Source: an uncultured virus (IMG/VR IMGVR_UViG_3300045738_001977)
Lineage: Duplodnaviria; Heunggongvirae; Uroviricota; Caudoviricetes
DNA: 64,000 nt
Direction: 5' to 3' (one strand)
Virus record (IMG/VR): IMGVR_UViG_3300045738_001977
Shown: positions 32,093 through 42,600 of the stretch, piece after piece
How the letters are laid out: each line of letters begins with the position of its first letter
How positions within the stretch are numbered: the stretch's first letter is position 1
Made by a program: the position numbers and the translations under genes
Notes under the pieces: model-generated
Database searches by the model: none
What the model was told of the DNA's origin: nothing
What the model saw: the letters and a program-made list of their open reading frames with translations, nothing else

Positions 32093-32928
32093 AAGCTCAA
32101 TGGGAAAACCTTATAATGAGCAGCTTAATGCTGCATATAGATCACAAGATTTGTAAGGACGGGGAAGGATTTATTAATCACACGGGTAAATTTTATAAAA
32201 CTAAAAAACAATTTAATCAATTTTATTCATACTCCTTACCTTTTAAGCAAATTATCTCTGACCAATCTGTGCCCGGGGCAAATATAATGCAGGGCATTAC
32301 GGTTAACGGTCAATTTATAGCTCCCGGGGGAAACTTGGGGCTTCAGGGAATTTTGCATCACAAGGGCACCGTATTATTTGATCAGAACCATGATTCCAGC
32401 AATATTACGGGAACTTTCGCGGTAAAAGAATTCAACATATACATAACCACAAAAGCTGAAGAAAATATATTATTTAAAACAGCTAAACAAATAAATCCAA
32501 AATTATCGCAGGTTGAAGGCGGGCTTGACCCTAATACCGAGGCTTTTCCTGCTATCTTTTTAAAAAATATGGGAGGAACCCTTAACCCCCTTGGGTTCGG
32601 CGGCATTGAAGATACTGTTTCGTATGTAAGAGCCGTCGTTTTGTCAAATTCCGCGTTTAGCTTGGACGCTGTATGTGGTCTGTTAAAGAAATCAGCCAAA
32701 ACTGAAATTCCTATTATCGAAAGCTTGCCTTTTAATGCTATTGGCGCGTACACTGGGGTTTCTTATGATTATGAAAGCATGTCTTCCCAAGTTCAAGCAA
32801 CAGCAATGATATGGAATGCCACAATCAGTAAAATAATGCCCCAAACATCAGGCATGAATGACTTAAATTTAGATGTTTTCCCGGCCTTTGTTGACTTTGA
32901 GATCAGAAGTTTGGGTACCGAATTTTAA
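32089..32928 (+). CDS. Probable tail terminator protein
   Basis: ATGA overlap; 'FPAIFL' strand and position directly before the major tail gene. Confidence 0.45.
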   Translation: MKAQWENLIMSSLMLHIDHKICKDGEGFINHTGKFYKTKKQFNQFYSYSLPFKQIISDQSVPGANIMQGITVNGQFIAPGGNLGLQGILHHKGTVLFDQNHDSSNITGTFAVKEFNIYITTKAEENILFKTAKQINPKLSQVEGGLDPNTEAFPAIFLKNMGGTLNPLGFGGIEDTVSYVRAVVLSNSAFSLDAVCGLLKKSAKTEIPIIESLPFNAIGAYTGVSYDYESMSSQVQATAMIWNATISKIMPQTSGMNDLNLDVFPAFVDFEIRSLGTEF

Positions 32929-32935
32929 TAAATTC

Positions 32936-32964
32936 TTTCACATCCCCAGCAATCTGCTGTAATA
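32936..32964 (+). promoter_or_regulatory. Putative promoter TTTCACA-N15-TGTAAT
   Basis: Matches 8600-8629; followed by SD AGGAG (32971-32975). Confidence 0.5.
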
Positions 32965-32984
32965 GGGGGTAGGAGATTATAATT

Positions 32985-34106
32985 ATGGCAGTAACATTAC
33001 AAAGATCTATTTATATTAATTCATTCGTAACGATTGGTGCAGAGGTAGCACCGGCGGACGCCGCAATCACGACGCCCCTCGGAGCATTCTTCGCAAATAC
33101 CAATAATACAACTACGTTCCAATTGGCGCAAAGTTGCAATTACTCATTGAATATCCCACGCGCAGATGTAAATGCGTTTGGGTTTGACGGCGTATTAGAC
33201 CGTCCACAGTTAGAAGCAGAAACCGCAACCATGGAAGTATCATTCGTCGCTCAAGCGCAGGCTTCGGGTTTGAAAACGGTTGACGTAACCGCCAATCACT
33301 TGAACGACTTGATTGAGGAAACAAAGGCTCAAATTCCAGCTTACGTTAAGGTTCTTGGCGTCGGTGTTGGAGGCGTAAAAGCAGCCCTTATGAATTCTCT
33401 TAGCGGAGAAGTATCTGTAGGGTCTTTAGCGACAATGACCGCCTCCTTTACTGGAGCCACGAATGACGTTACCAACCCTCAGGAAGTACTTGCAGCTGGA
33501 GTAAAAGACCCCGCTGGCAATATAACATTCCTTCCGCCCGATGACCCCGCCCTTGGCTTTAACTCGCCGGGTAGTGGTGGAGCGAACCTTACCGGTGCCC
33601 CGTTCGGCTCCTTGTTCGGCTCAGCAGGCGGCATAATTGTAACACCGCAAGACATTGACCTTAGAGCGGCCCAAAATACGCCCGTTTCACTCGACCTAGC
33701 AGTTAATCTGTTGGACGAAGATCTGGAAACAGATCCCGGAGCACAGATTGAAGGTACTGACGGCCTTGATGACGACACCACAGAGTCATGCGCCCAATCC
33801 GCAAGTTTTTCATGGGATATGCCCGTAGAAATCATCTTGTGTTTGGGATCTGACCCGACAAAGGATGGCCTTGCTTTAGGTAATCCTCCCGGATCTGCTA
33901 GCATAACTGTAGAAGCCTTGTCTGCTCAGTTGTCAATGGATATTGCTCCGTTGAACTACAACTTACGGATAGGAGCTTACGGAATGTGGCTTACTGGTGG
34001 CAGAATTGACTCCAGAACTCATAACCTCGCTATTGGTGATCTGTACGGTACATACAACTATGTTATCGGCGGCACCGGAGACGGTTTTGAAATGGCAACG
34101 CTGTAA
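32985..34106 (+). CDS. Major tail (tube) protein
   Basis: Two 'QS..(Y/F)S...P........G' halves typical of tube folds; strong SD; own terminator; upstream of chaperones and TMP. Confidence 0.7.
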   Translation: MAVTLQRSIYINSFVTIGAEVAPADAAITTPLGAFFANTNNTTTFQLAQSCNYSLNIPRADVNAFGFDGVLDRPQLEAETATMEVSFVAQAQASGLKTVDVTANHLNDLIEETKAQIPAYVKVLGVGVGGVKAALMNSLSGEVSVGSLATMTASFTGATNDVTNPQEVLAAGVKDPAGNITFLPPDDPALGFNSPGSGGANLTGAPFGSLFGSAGGIIVTPQDIDLRAAQNTPVSLDLAVNLLDEDLETDPGAQIEGTDGLDDDTTESCAQSASFSWDMPVEIILCLGSDPTKDGLALGNPPGSASITVEALSAQLSMDIAPLNYNLRIGAYGMWLTGGRIDSRTHNLAIGDLYGTYNYVIGGTGDGFEMATL

Positions 34107-34129
34107 TCTTAAAAACAAAAACTTATTTT

Positions 34130-34158
34130 ACCCCGCTTTTAAAGCGGGGTTTTTTTTT
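34130..34158 (+). terminator. Rho-independent terminator
   Basis: ACCCCGCTTT-T-AAAGCGGGGT inverted repeat followed by a T run. Confidence 0.9.
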
Positions 34159-34164
34159 AAATAA

Positions 34165-34189
34165 GTGTAATAATTGATAAGGAAAAAGG
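34165..34189 (+). promoter_or_regulatory. GTGTAATAA motif plus AGGAAAAAGG leader motif
   Basis: Immediately after the terminator; the same pair occurs before the TMP gene. Confidence 0.55.
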
Positions 34190-34196
34190 CATAAAA

Positions 34197-34508
34197 ATGG
34201 GAAAAGATAGAGATATTCTGAACTCTGAATCAGAAAAAATTATCAAAAGGCTTTTTAAGTATTATTTATCTTCTATTGAAGATTTAAAATATCAACATCT
34301 TGTCGCCTTAAAACGGCTAAAAACCGAACTTTCCCTCGAACAAATCGAAATTTTAAATTATTTAGATACCCACCGCTACACTATGATAAGGAAAAGGATC
34401 CTAGATAACGGTAATGAATCAATAAGAGATTTACATAATTTTTTGGAAAATTTCGACATTAAACTAAAAGATAATACATCAAACAATAAACAGGAAAAAG
34501 GAAAATAA
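34197..34508 (+). CDS. Hypothetical helical protein
   Basis: 103-aa ORF with upstream motifs. Confidence 0.7.
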   Translation: MGKDRDILNSESEKIIKRLFKYYLSSIEDLKYQHLVALKRLKTELSLEQIEILNYLDTHRYTMIRKRILDNGNESIRDLHNFLENFDIKLKDNTSNNKQEKGK

Positions 34509-34510
34509 TT

Positions 34511-35644
34511 ATGTCTAAAAAATGGCTCTACACATTCACTATCAACAGAGAAACAGAAACTGAAAAGCGGGAAAAATCTACCAACGAAGATGGCAAAGAG
34601 GTAGAAATTATAGAAAAAGTTAAAGAAAAACAGCCCGTAGAGTTTCTAATTCAAAAACCCAACAGAAAACTTTTTGACGAGGCTGAATTATTTTACGGCG
34701 TAAAAATGTCAGAAGGCATCAAGGCGGGGCTACTCACAAGGAATCTCTTGGCCAAAAGATACGAAGATGATGGCGGAGCATTTAGCGAGGCAGAAAAACA
34801 AAGGTATTCTGAGCTTTATTTAGCCATTTATAACAAAGAAGAAGAATATCAAAGGCTTCAGCTTAATTTAGATAATAAGCCCCAAGAGCTAAAAGACACG
34901 CTTGCTCAAGACTTGTTGTATGAACTTTCAGACCTAAGGAGAGAGCTTACCGATATTGAAAATGCTCAATCAAATATTTTTGACCAAACCGCAGAAAATA
35001 GAGCAAAAAACCAAACAATCATGTGGTGGGTCCTAAACTTGTCTCACTGGAAAGAATTCAAGCACAAAGATGCAGAACAATTTTTTGGCGCCGGGGCGTA
35101 TGATGAAAAACTAGATAAATACGACGACCTTGAAGAAGAGGACGACAATTTTATGGGAGAAGCTATCAGGAAATTAGCTTATTTTGTAAGTTTTTGGTAC
35201 ATGGGTAGAGCGACTTCCAAGGAAGAGTTTAAAACCGTAGAAGAATTGTATGATTCAGAAAATAAAACACCTGAAGACGAAGCCGCAGAAGAGCAGGCTA
35301 GGTCGGACGAAGAGGCAAAACAAGAAGCCCTTGGAGGTTCAGACTTCGACGAAGAACTCGAAGAAAAGGTAAACAAACAAAAAGCCACCAAAAAAACCAA
35401 AGCCACAACGAAGAAAAAGACCGCAACAAAGAAAAAGCCCGCAAAAAAAGCAAAAGCCAAGAAGGCCGAAGCAAAGGTTGATGTAGAGCCTGAGGCAAAG
35501 GAAAAGTTGGTCGAAGAAGTGGCTGAAAAAGCGCCCGAAGAAGAGGCATCTCATCAAGAGAAAGAGCCTGCTTTAGTCGAGGCTAGCGCAGAAGAGGCCC
35601 CTAAGGCTCCTGAAGCCGCCGAAGCCAAAAAGCTTACTCAATAA
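34511..35644 (+). CDS. Probable tail assembly chaperone (G-like) with low-complexity Lys/Ala/Glu tail
   Basis: Lies between the tail tube and TMP genes; coiled-coil character. Confidence 0.55.
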   Translation: MSKKWLYTFTINRETETEKREKSTNEDGKEVEIIEKVKEKQPVEFLIQKPNRKLFDEAELFYGVKMSEGIKAGLLTRNLLAKRYEDDGGAFSEAEKQRYSELYLAIYNKEEEYQRLQLNLDNKPQELKDTLAQDLLYELSDLRRELTDIENAQSNIFDQTAENRAKNQTIMWWVLNLSHWKEFKHKDAEQFFGAGAYDEKLDKYDDLEEEDDNFMGEAIRKLAYFVSFWYMGRATSKEEFKTVEELYDSENKTPEDEAAEEQARSDEEAKQEALGGSDFDEELEEKVNKQKATKKTKATTKKKTATKKKPAKKAKAKKAEAKVDVEPEAKEKLVEEVAEKAPEEEASHQEKEPALVEASAEEAPKAPEAAEAKKLTQ

Positions 35645-35664
35645 AATTAAAATATTTTTATGAC

Positions 35665-36543
35665 GTGAACGTTATTCACACCACGAAAGATGCTCGCCGC
35701 GCATATAGAGAAATCCTTCAAGGTTATTCGTACATAGAAGAAGACGATTTATATATTAAGCACTTTACTGAAGCTGATTTGGGGCTTCTAGAAGTGCTTT
35801 ATAAAAAATGCGAAAAAGAACTTGGGAAAATAGGCATAGAGTCTTCTAAAGAAAAGCTAAAATTTCTAGACAAACAAGGCTATTGGACTAAGGACGAAGA
35901 AAGCGCTTATGTAAACGCAAGATATTCGGTAAATGATGGCCTAGCCTTTCAAGAAAAACTTACAGACCCCAAGCAAAAAGAAAATTTTCAAAAAGTAATA
36001 AAAGAAAAAGAAGAAATACTTAAAAAAATTAAAGAGACGAGAGACGAAGTATTAAACCCAACTACAGAAAGCTTCTGCGATAGAAGAATTAACGAGCATT
36101 ATGTTCGCATCGCCCTATTCAAAGACAAAGGACTCACGACCCCCCGCTTTACGGAAAAAGAATTTCAAGATCTAACCTATGTTGAGCTAGGCGATTTAGT
36201 GCAAAAATATAATGAAGTTATAGATGTTTTTAACGATCTTAACATAAAAAGGGTCGGGGTAAATGGTTTTTTTCTTAATGCTTTTTTAATGAGCAATAAT
36301 GATCCCGTGAAGTTCTATGGGAAAAGCGTCCTAGAACTAACCATGTATCAAATTAACCTATTTGGCAAAGGAAAATTCTTTAAGTCTATACTGGAAGAAG
36401 GGAAAGACCCGCCCGACTCCATATACAATATGGTTGAAGAACTTGGGCTTGACCCAATCGTAAATTGGTTCGACGCCGCTTGGGCGCAAATACAAGCCGA
36501 GAGGGCAAAAAGAGAAGCAATGTCAAGAGTCAAAAGAAGATAA
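35665..36543 (+). CDS. Probable second tail assembly chaperone (T-like)
   Basis: Directly before the TMP; GTG start without SD; its frame is open back to 35614, in the -1 frame of the upstream gene. Confidence 0.55.
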   Translation: MNVIHTTKDARRAYREILQGYSYIEEDDLYIKHFTEADLGLLEVLYKKCEKELGKIGIESSKEKLKFLDKQGYWTKDEESAYVNARYSVNDGLAFQEKLTDPKQKENFQKVIKEKEEILKKIKETRDEVLNPTTESFCDRRINEHYVRIALFKDKGLTTPRFTEKEFQDLTYVELGDLVQKYNEVIDVFNDLNIKRVGVNGFFLNAFLMSNNDPVKFYGKSVLELTMYQINLFGKGKFFKSILEEGKDPPDSIYNMVEELGLDPIVNWFDAAWAQIQAERAKREAMSRVKRR

Positions 36544-36566
36544 CATCGAACTTTTTAAAAAAAAAA

Positions 36567-36598
36567 GTGTAATAAACAGTGACTATTAAGGAAAAAGG
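36567..36598 (+). promoter_or_regulatory. GTGTAATAA motif plus AGGAAAAAGG leader motif
   Basis: Motifs at 36567-36575 and 36589-36598, upstream of the ATG at 36607. Confidence 0.55.
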
Positions 36599-36606
36599 TT
36601 GCATAT

Positions 36607-39600
36607 ATGGCAGACATTAGAGTAAGAGTCGCTGGCGAAACCACTCAGCTCCAAAAGGACATCAAAAGAGCTTTAAAGGGTGGCTATTCTCTGGGTTCGC
36701 TTGATGGCAAGGGGGTCTCCCAGCCCCTTGGCAAAATCAAGGGGCAATTAGGAGAGTTTGACAAGTCCATGGAGGCCGCTAATGCTCGTGTCATAGCGTT
36801 TGGAGCTTCAACTGGCGCTATTTATGCTGTCGCCACAGCAATTCAACACATGGTTAAGTCTGCTATCGAAGTAGAAAAAGCCCTTACCGATATTAACGTA
36901 ATTTTAGGAGCAACTTCTACCAACCTAGAAAAATTTGGAAATTCTTTATTTGCTATAGCCAGCGCAACTGGTCAATCGTTCAAAACAATAGCTGAAGCGG
37001 CGTCAGAATTAGCAAGACAGGGCTTGGGCGTAGAAGAATCACTAGGACGAGTAAGAGACGCAATGATCTTGGCTCGCATATCTGGATTAGATGCCGCCGA
37101 CGCAGTTAGCTCTTTAACGGCTGTTCTTAACGGTTTTACAAAAGCGGCGTATGAATCAAATGAAGTTGTAAACAAAATAGTCGCTGTGGATGCAGCTTTT
37201 GCTGTAAGCGCTGCCGATTTGGCAGAAGCTATTAAGCGCGTTGGAAGTACCGCTGCCGAAGCAGGCGTTTCATTAGAAGAGCTATTAGCTATTACCGCAG
37301 CCACACAACAGGTAACTGCTCGTGGGGGCGCCGTAATTGGTAACGCATTCAAAACAATTTTCACAAGGATGCAAAGACCAAGGGTTATTGAAGCTCTAAA
37401 AGCCGTCGGAGTAGAAACAAAAAACGCTTCAGGAAGTTCTCTAGGCTTAATGAAAGTTTTAGAGAATATGGCAAAATCATACGACAAAATGAACTCGGCT
37501 CAAAAGTCTGTGGTAGCAGAAATGGTTGGTGGCGTTTTCCAAGTAAACATATTAAAAGCAGCGTTGGGAGATTTAAGCAAAGAAACCTCTCTCTATGGCC
37601 AAGCGCTCAAAATTGCAAACAGCGCGACAACTGAAGCTAACGATAGAAACAACGAGCTTAACCAAACGATAAGTTCTCAGTTGATTAAAACAATGAACAA
37701 CCTAGTAAGGGTTGGCGCCAAAGTAGGAGAATTAACGTTCGGCCCTGCTTTGGAAAAAAGCTTAGCAGGAGTTAATTCCATACTTGGAAAAGCTGGCGAT
37801 AAAGATGGGGGCGGAGAAAGTATTGGTAAAAAATTAGCAAAGGGCCTTCTGTCTGGCATAGGTTCTGTCATTAGTGGTCCCGGGATCGCCTTTATAACCC
37901 TAGGAATAATGAAGCTATTCCAAAAATTAGTTAGCTTTGCCTCCGACGCCATGGGTTCAATGTCGGGGCTCAACAGTAAATCCAAAGAAACAGCGGCAAT
38001 ACAATCTCAAGTGTTACAATATCTTCAAAAAAACCCAGCAGTTATAGCCGGGATAAACGCTGGATTGGTAACTGAAAAACAGTTGCATTCTGATATCCTT
38101 TCAATGCTAAGAAGGCAAAACGACGAGTTAGACGAACAAGAAAAGGTTGCCAACCGAATTGCACAAAAGATGCAGAGAAGCGGAGCAAGAGTTTCGACAG
38201 CTACAGGAGCGAGAGAAGGCACGATTCGCGGAGGTGGCGCGGCAATAGGATATGTCCCAAATTTAAGTGAAAAAAAATACGAAGAAACAAGAGCGAGACA
38301 GCTAGGAGCACCCCCATCCGTACAAGCGAAACATTACCCACAAGGAAAAATAAAAGGAAAACCATTTACCGCCAACGACCAAGAAGACGTTCTTTCTCCG
38401 AGACAAATGCAAAAACAATACGGTGTTACTCCTCAGAAAGGAGAATACACTGTCTTACCAAAGTATGGAAAAGTGGGGCAACAAAGAAAAAAGGAATTAA
38501 AACAAAAAATTGAAAAAGCTCAAAAACCTATAAATTTTTCAGGAGGTTTTGTCCCTAATTTTATTACAGAGAATGACGTTGAAAAATTTAAAAAATCAAC
38601 ATTTAACAAAAGAAAATTTGGCAAAAAGAGAGGGGCCGTAAAAACCCAAGGCACAAAGCCAACGGCGGGACAAATGTTGGGGTACATGAATCAAAATATA
38701 AATCAAATAGATGACGCAGAACTTAAAACTTATATAGACCTAAATCGTCAAGGAAAAATATTATTGAATTGGCCGCGCGGAGGCGGTAAGCCTAGTGAAC
38801 AAACGCAAGCAAGAATTTCACAAATGTCAGGAGGCAAAGCCGGAACGAGCAAAAAAGCTGGAAGGACAAAAGAAGAAAGAGGCGCCGGTTTATCTGCGGC
38901 AGACATAGAGGGCCCAATTCTGCCGGTGCTCAAGCTTCAAACCGGGGGCGAAACTGCAGAAATTGGACAAAGAACAGCCGGCTTTGGTTTAAAGATAAAA
39001 AACGTAGAGAAAGATTTTAACAAACATTTTAACGCCGAATACGGAAAGCTCGTCGGCAACATGGGGGCAAAAATGTTCCAAGGAAAACCAGAGTTGCAAA
39101 AAGCTTTTAAGCCTCAAAAACTAGCCGCCGACGCGCAAGGCCAAGTTAAAGGTCACGTATGGGAAAGCTTCGTAAGGGGCATGATGCAGGAAGAAAAAGC
39201 GGTCGTTAGCAAAAGAGTTGACGTAAGTAAAGGCACGAAAGTAAGACCAGAGTTTCAAAGTTTGTTTCCAAAGCAGCTTCACAAGGGTGGGTTTGAAATT
39301 AGAGCAGGAGGAATATCAGGGCCAGACGCCGTAGGAAAAATGGAAGAAAGCGGAATCTCCACGACCTTTAAAAAGCTTGGCGCAGGTTATACCACTACGA
39401 AAGGCGGCAGAAGAAAACTCTCCCACAAAGAAGCCAGAGAACTATATGAATATGAGCATGGTGAAAAACCAAGTTTCGCGCCAGCGCACGACATGGCCAA
39501 GGGCACTTCGTCAGCTGTGGATTTTGGCTCCAAGAAAAAAGGCGGCATAAGAAGAATGGTTCTAGACTCAGACTTTTTAAAACAGCATTATGCAAAAATG

Positions 39601-42600
39601 GGGCCGGAGGCCGCTCAACAATCAATGAGCGCCCAACTTGACGGTGACCCAAAACCAAACATTAAAAAACTTTTTGATAAAATAGCCACACAAGCTCAGC
39701 AAAAGGGCAAGAGAACTACCTTAGTCAACGCCGCTCCCGGCGCAGGAAAAACATCTTTTGCCATGGGCAAAAAAGGCACCCAAATAACATCGATTGGCGA
39801 CCTTGATCGCGGAAGCAAACTAGTAATACTTAGAGCGGTTGAGCGAGGCGAAAACCTAGTAAAGGAACCCTATTTTAACAAAGCTGACAGGGTAATGCAC
39901 TTGGATGTTCCACCTGAAGAGATTGATAGAAGAAGAGCTCAAAGAGATAAGTCAATTAGAGCGGGCACATCAAAAACTGCGTACGGCAGACCCGTTGGCT
40001 CAACCGAGTTCGCGGGAAAAGATTTCAGCGCTGCAGAAGCCAGAGTAGCAGAAGAGTTTTCGGGAACCAGCGGAAAATTTAAATCTCTACAAGCCGGAAA
40101 AGAGAAGTGGAGAATGAAAGGCGCTTCAGAGATTGAAAAAATTCATGACACCCCAATGGTTATGACCGCTGGAGCATTTTCCCCCCCACATAAAGGTCAT
40201 GGTACTATTTTCAAAAAGATGTTGAAAGACGCGGAGAAAACAGGCGCGGTGCCTATAGCCGCAGTATCAAAGGGAGAGGGGAGAACGGGAGACGTAGGAT
40301 TAACAATCAGAGAAAAAAGAAAATTAATTGAAACAGAATACCCCGAAATGCAAACCATGGGTATTTCAGGATTCGGGGGTATACCGGAAGTTATGCGAGG
40401 ACCCGACGGAAGACTTATAAGAGCAAAAGCTGGAAAGTCAAAAGTCATTCTTGGAAGCGATAGGGTTAGCGACTCCGTAGGGGCAGGCTTTAGAAAAAAG
40501 GGAATGGAAGTTGAAGGGGTAGCCAGAGATCTTAATTCGAAAGGGATGGATGCAACCGACGCAATAAGCGCGACAAAAGTAAGAAGCGCTATTTTAGGAG
40601 GCAGAGTAGGAGAGGCGAAACAAGCCCTAGACCCTCGAATTGGAGAAATACTTACTAGACCCGAAAATGTTAATAGGATGAACAAGCGGGCGGCGGTTAT
40701 AGCAGAAAAAAAACAAAAAGAAAAGGGTATTAATACTTTAGTAGACGCAGAATTTAGAAACCTAACAAAAATAGCAGTTAATAAAGGTATTAGAGGCGCG
40801 GGAGAAAAGCCCATTTCCCGACTCGTTGGCCCAGTAACAAAGTCTGATGATCCCGAAGTTATAGCTTCAATAGGGCGAATTAAAGATTTAAGAGAAAACG
40901 AAAAAACAAGAATTAAAAAAGACTACGATCATCGCGTTGCTCAAATGGCTCGAGACAACCCTATGTCTATGGGCAGTGGTTATATTCCTAATTTTGCTAT
41001 AATGCGCAAATATAGCAAAGGGAAAAATGTTATGTCATTTGATGGGACAATAGATGACATAGTTACATCCATCGAGTCGGGCGGGCCCGAATTGAAAAAA
41101 ATTATTGAAAATGCAAACAAGAGTCTTGTCAGCACTCGGGAAGGAAAAGGAACAAAAAAAGCCCCCGGACCTTTTGCTCACGTTGAAGACACTTCATATG
41201 GATCCCTAGCTCCAATAGAAAAAACCGACAAATTTACTTCAAGAACCAAGTTCGTGAAAATTACTCCAAAAGAGATAAAGGCGTTTCAAGACCGCCACCA
41301 CCCTGAAAAATTCCCTGACAATGTGGCTGCAGAATTTGTTATGGCAGAAAAATATGGAGGATTCGTAACGGGAAAAGATCAATATCACGGAGGGTCGGCA
41401 GCCGAAGCTAAACGGCAAAAGATAAGAGGGATTGGTGAATCACAAAAAAGAACGGTCAAACAGCGGCCCAACAAACGCTCAACGGGGGAAGGAGCGTTAG
41501 GTGACAAATATTCGCAAGACATCCTTTTCCCCAAAGGAGGAGATACACATGGCCTTGGAGCTGTATCTGCAGATACGAAATGGAAAGACAACATAAGCGC
41601 TCCAAACAAAGGCAAGGGCCTAGGAAAACCGAAAATAGAAGAATTTTACGGAGCAACGATCGGTAAGCACGCAAGAGACTCCTTGTCTCGCGGCTTGGTA
41701 GATAGACAATTCAAAGAAGCTAAGCAAACTCGGGTCGATAAGATCGATTTTGGACTAGGGCTTATGGGAACGAAGGAGAAGGCGTTAAAAAAACTCCCCG
41801 GATCTTCGCCGAAGAAAAAAGCCGCACGCTCGTCTGGGCGGAAGTCCGAAGGTTACATTCCAAACTTCGCAAAAAAAAGAACGGGGGGAATTAAAGCAGC
41901 TATCGAAAGAGAAGAGTCTGCCGGACACAAGGCTAAAGTTTTATATTCAGACAGACTACAATCTCCCGTTGTAGTAAATGAGAAACAAGTTAAAAAACAT
42001 GGCCCCAATGCTGACGCGATCATAAGAGGGGATCATGTTAATCAGGGCCAAGGAGGATCAAAGACCAACCTAATGAAATCCGGCTCAGGCAAGGAAATGT
42101 ATGACGACGGTTTTGTTCCTAATTTTATGGGCGGTGGGGGCTTTATGGGGTCAATGGGCTTGGGAATGTTTGGGTTTATAGCTCAATTTGATTCACTGAA
42201 GAGATCTCTTGACCCGGTTCAAAAAGAGCTGCATAAGACCTCTAAAGAATTGGGAAGATGGCAAATAGACTTAGATAAACTAGACCGATCACTTGAGAAA
42301 ACAAGAGGGGAGTTGCACGAATTAGGCGCCGAGAATGTAAAACTAAAGGACGTGGGTGGCGGTAAATATGAAACTGAAGATCCAAGATTAGCGGGGGTTT
42401 TGAGTTCGGCCAATATGCCCGCATTGCAAACGGAGGCGGATCGTATCCGCGGCGGAGCCTCCGGCCCCGGCGCCGAAAAGGCCGCCATGGAACAGGCTGT
42501 TACGGAGGCTCGAACGGCAGAGCTGCAAGCTCAAGAAGGGCGTGATGTTGGAGAAAGAGGGAGGAAAGAAACACAATTAACTGGTGGTCAAGATAAAGTG

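Noticed and set aside
32985..34106. Contractile tail or contractile injection system
   Set aside because: No sheath-like gene is recognisable beside the tube gene, and capsid genes are present; a sheath elsewhere in the genome cannot be excluded.
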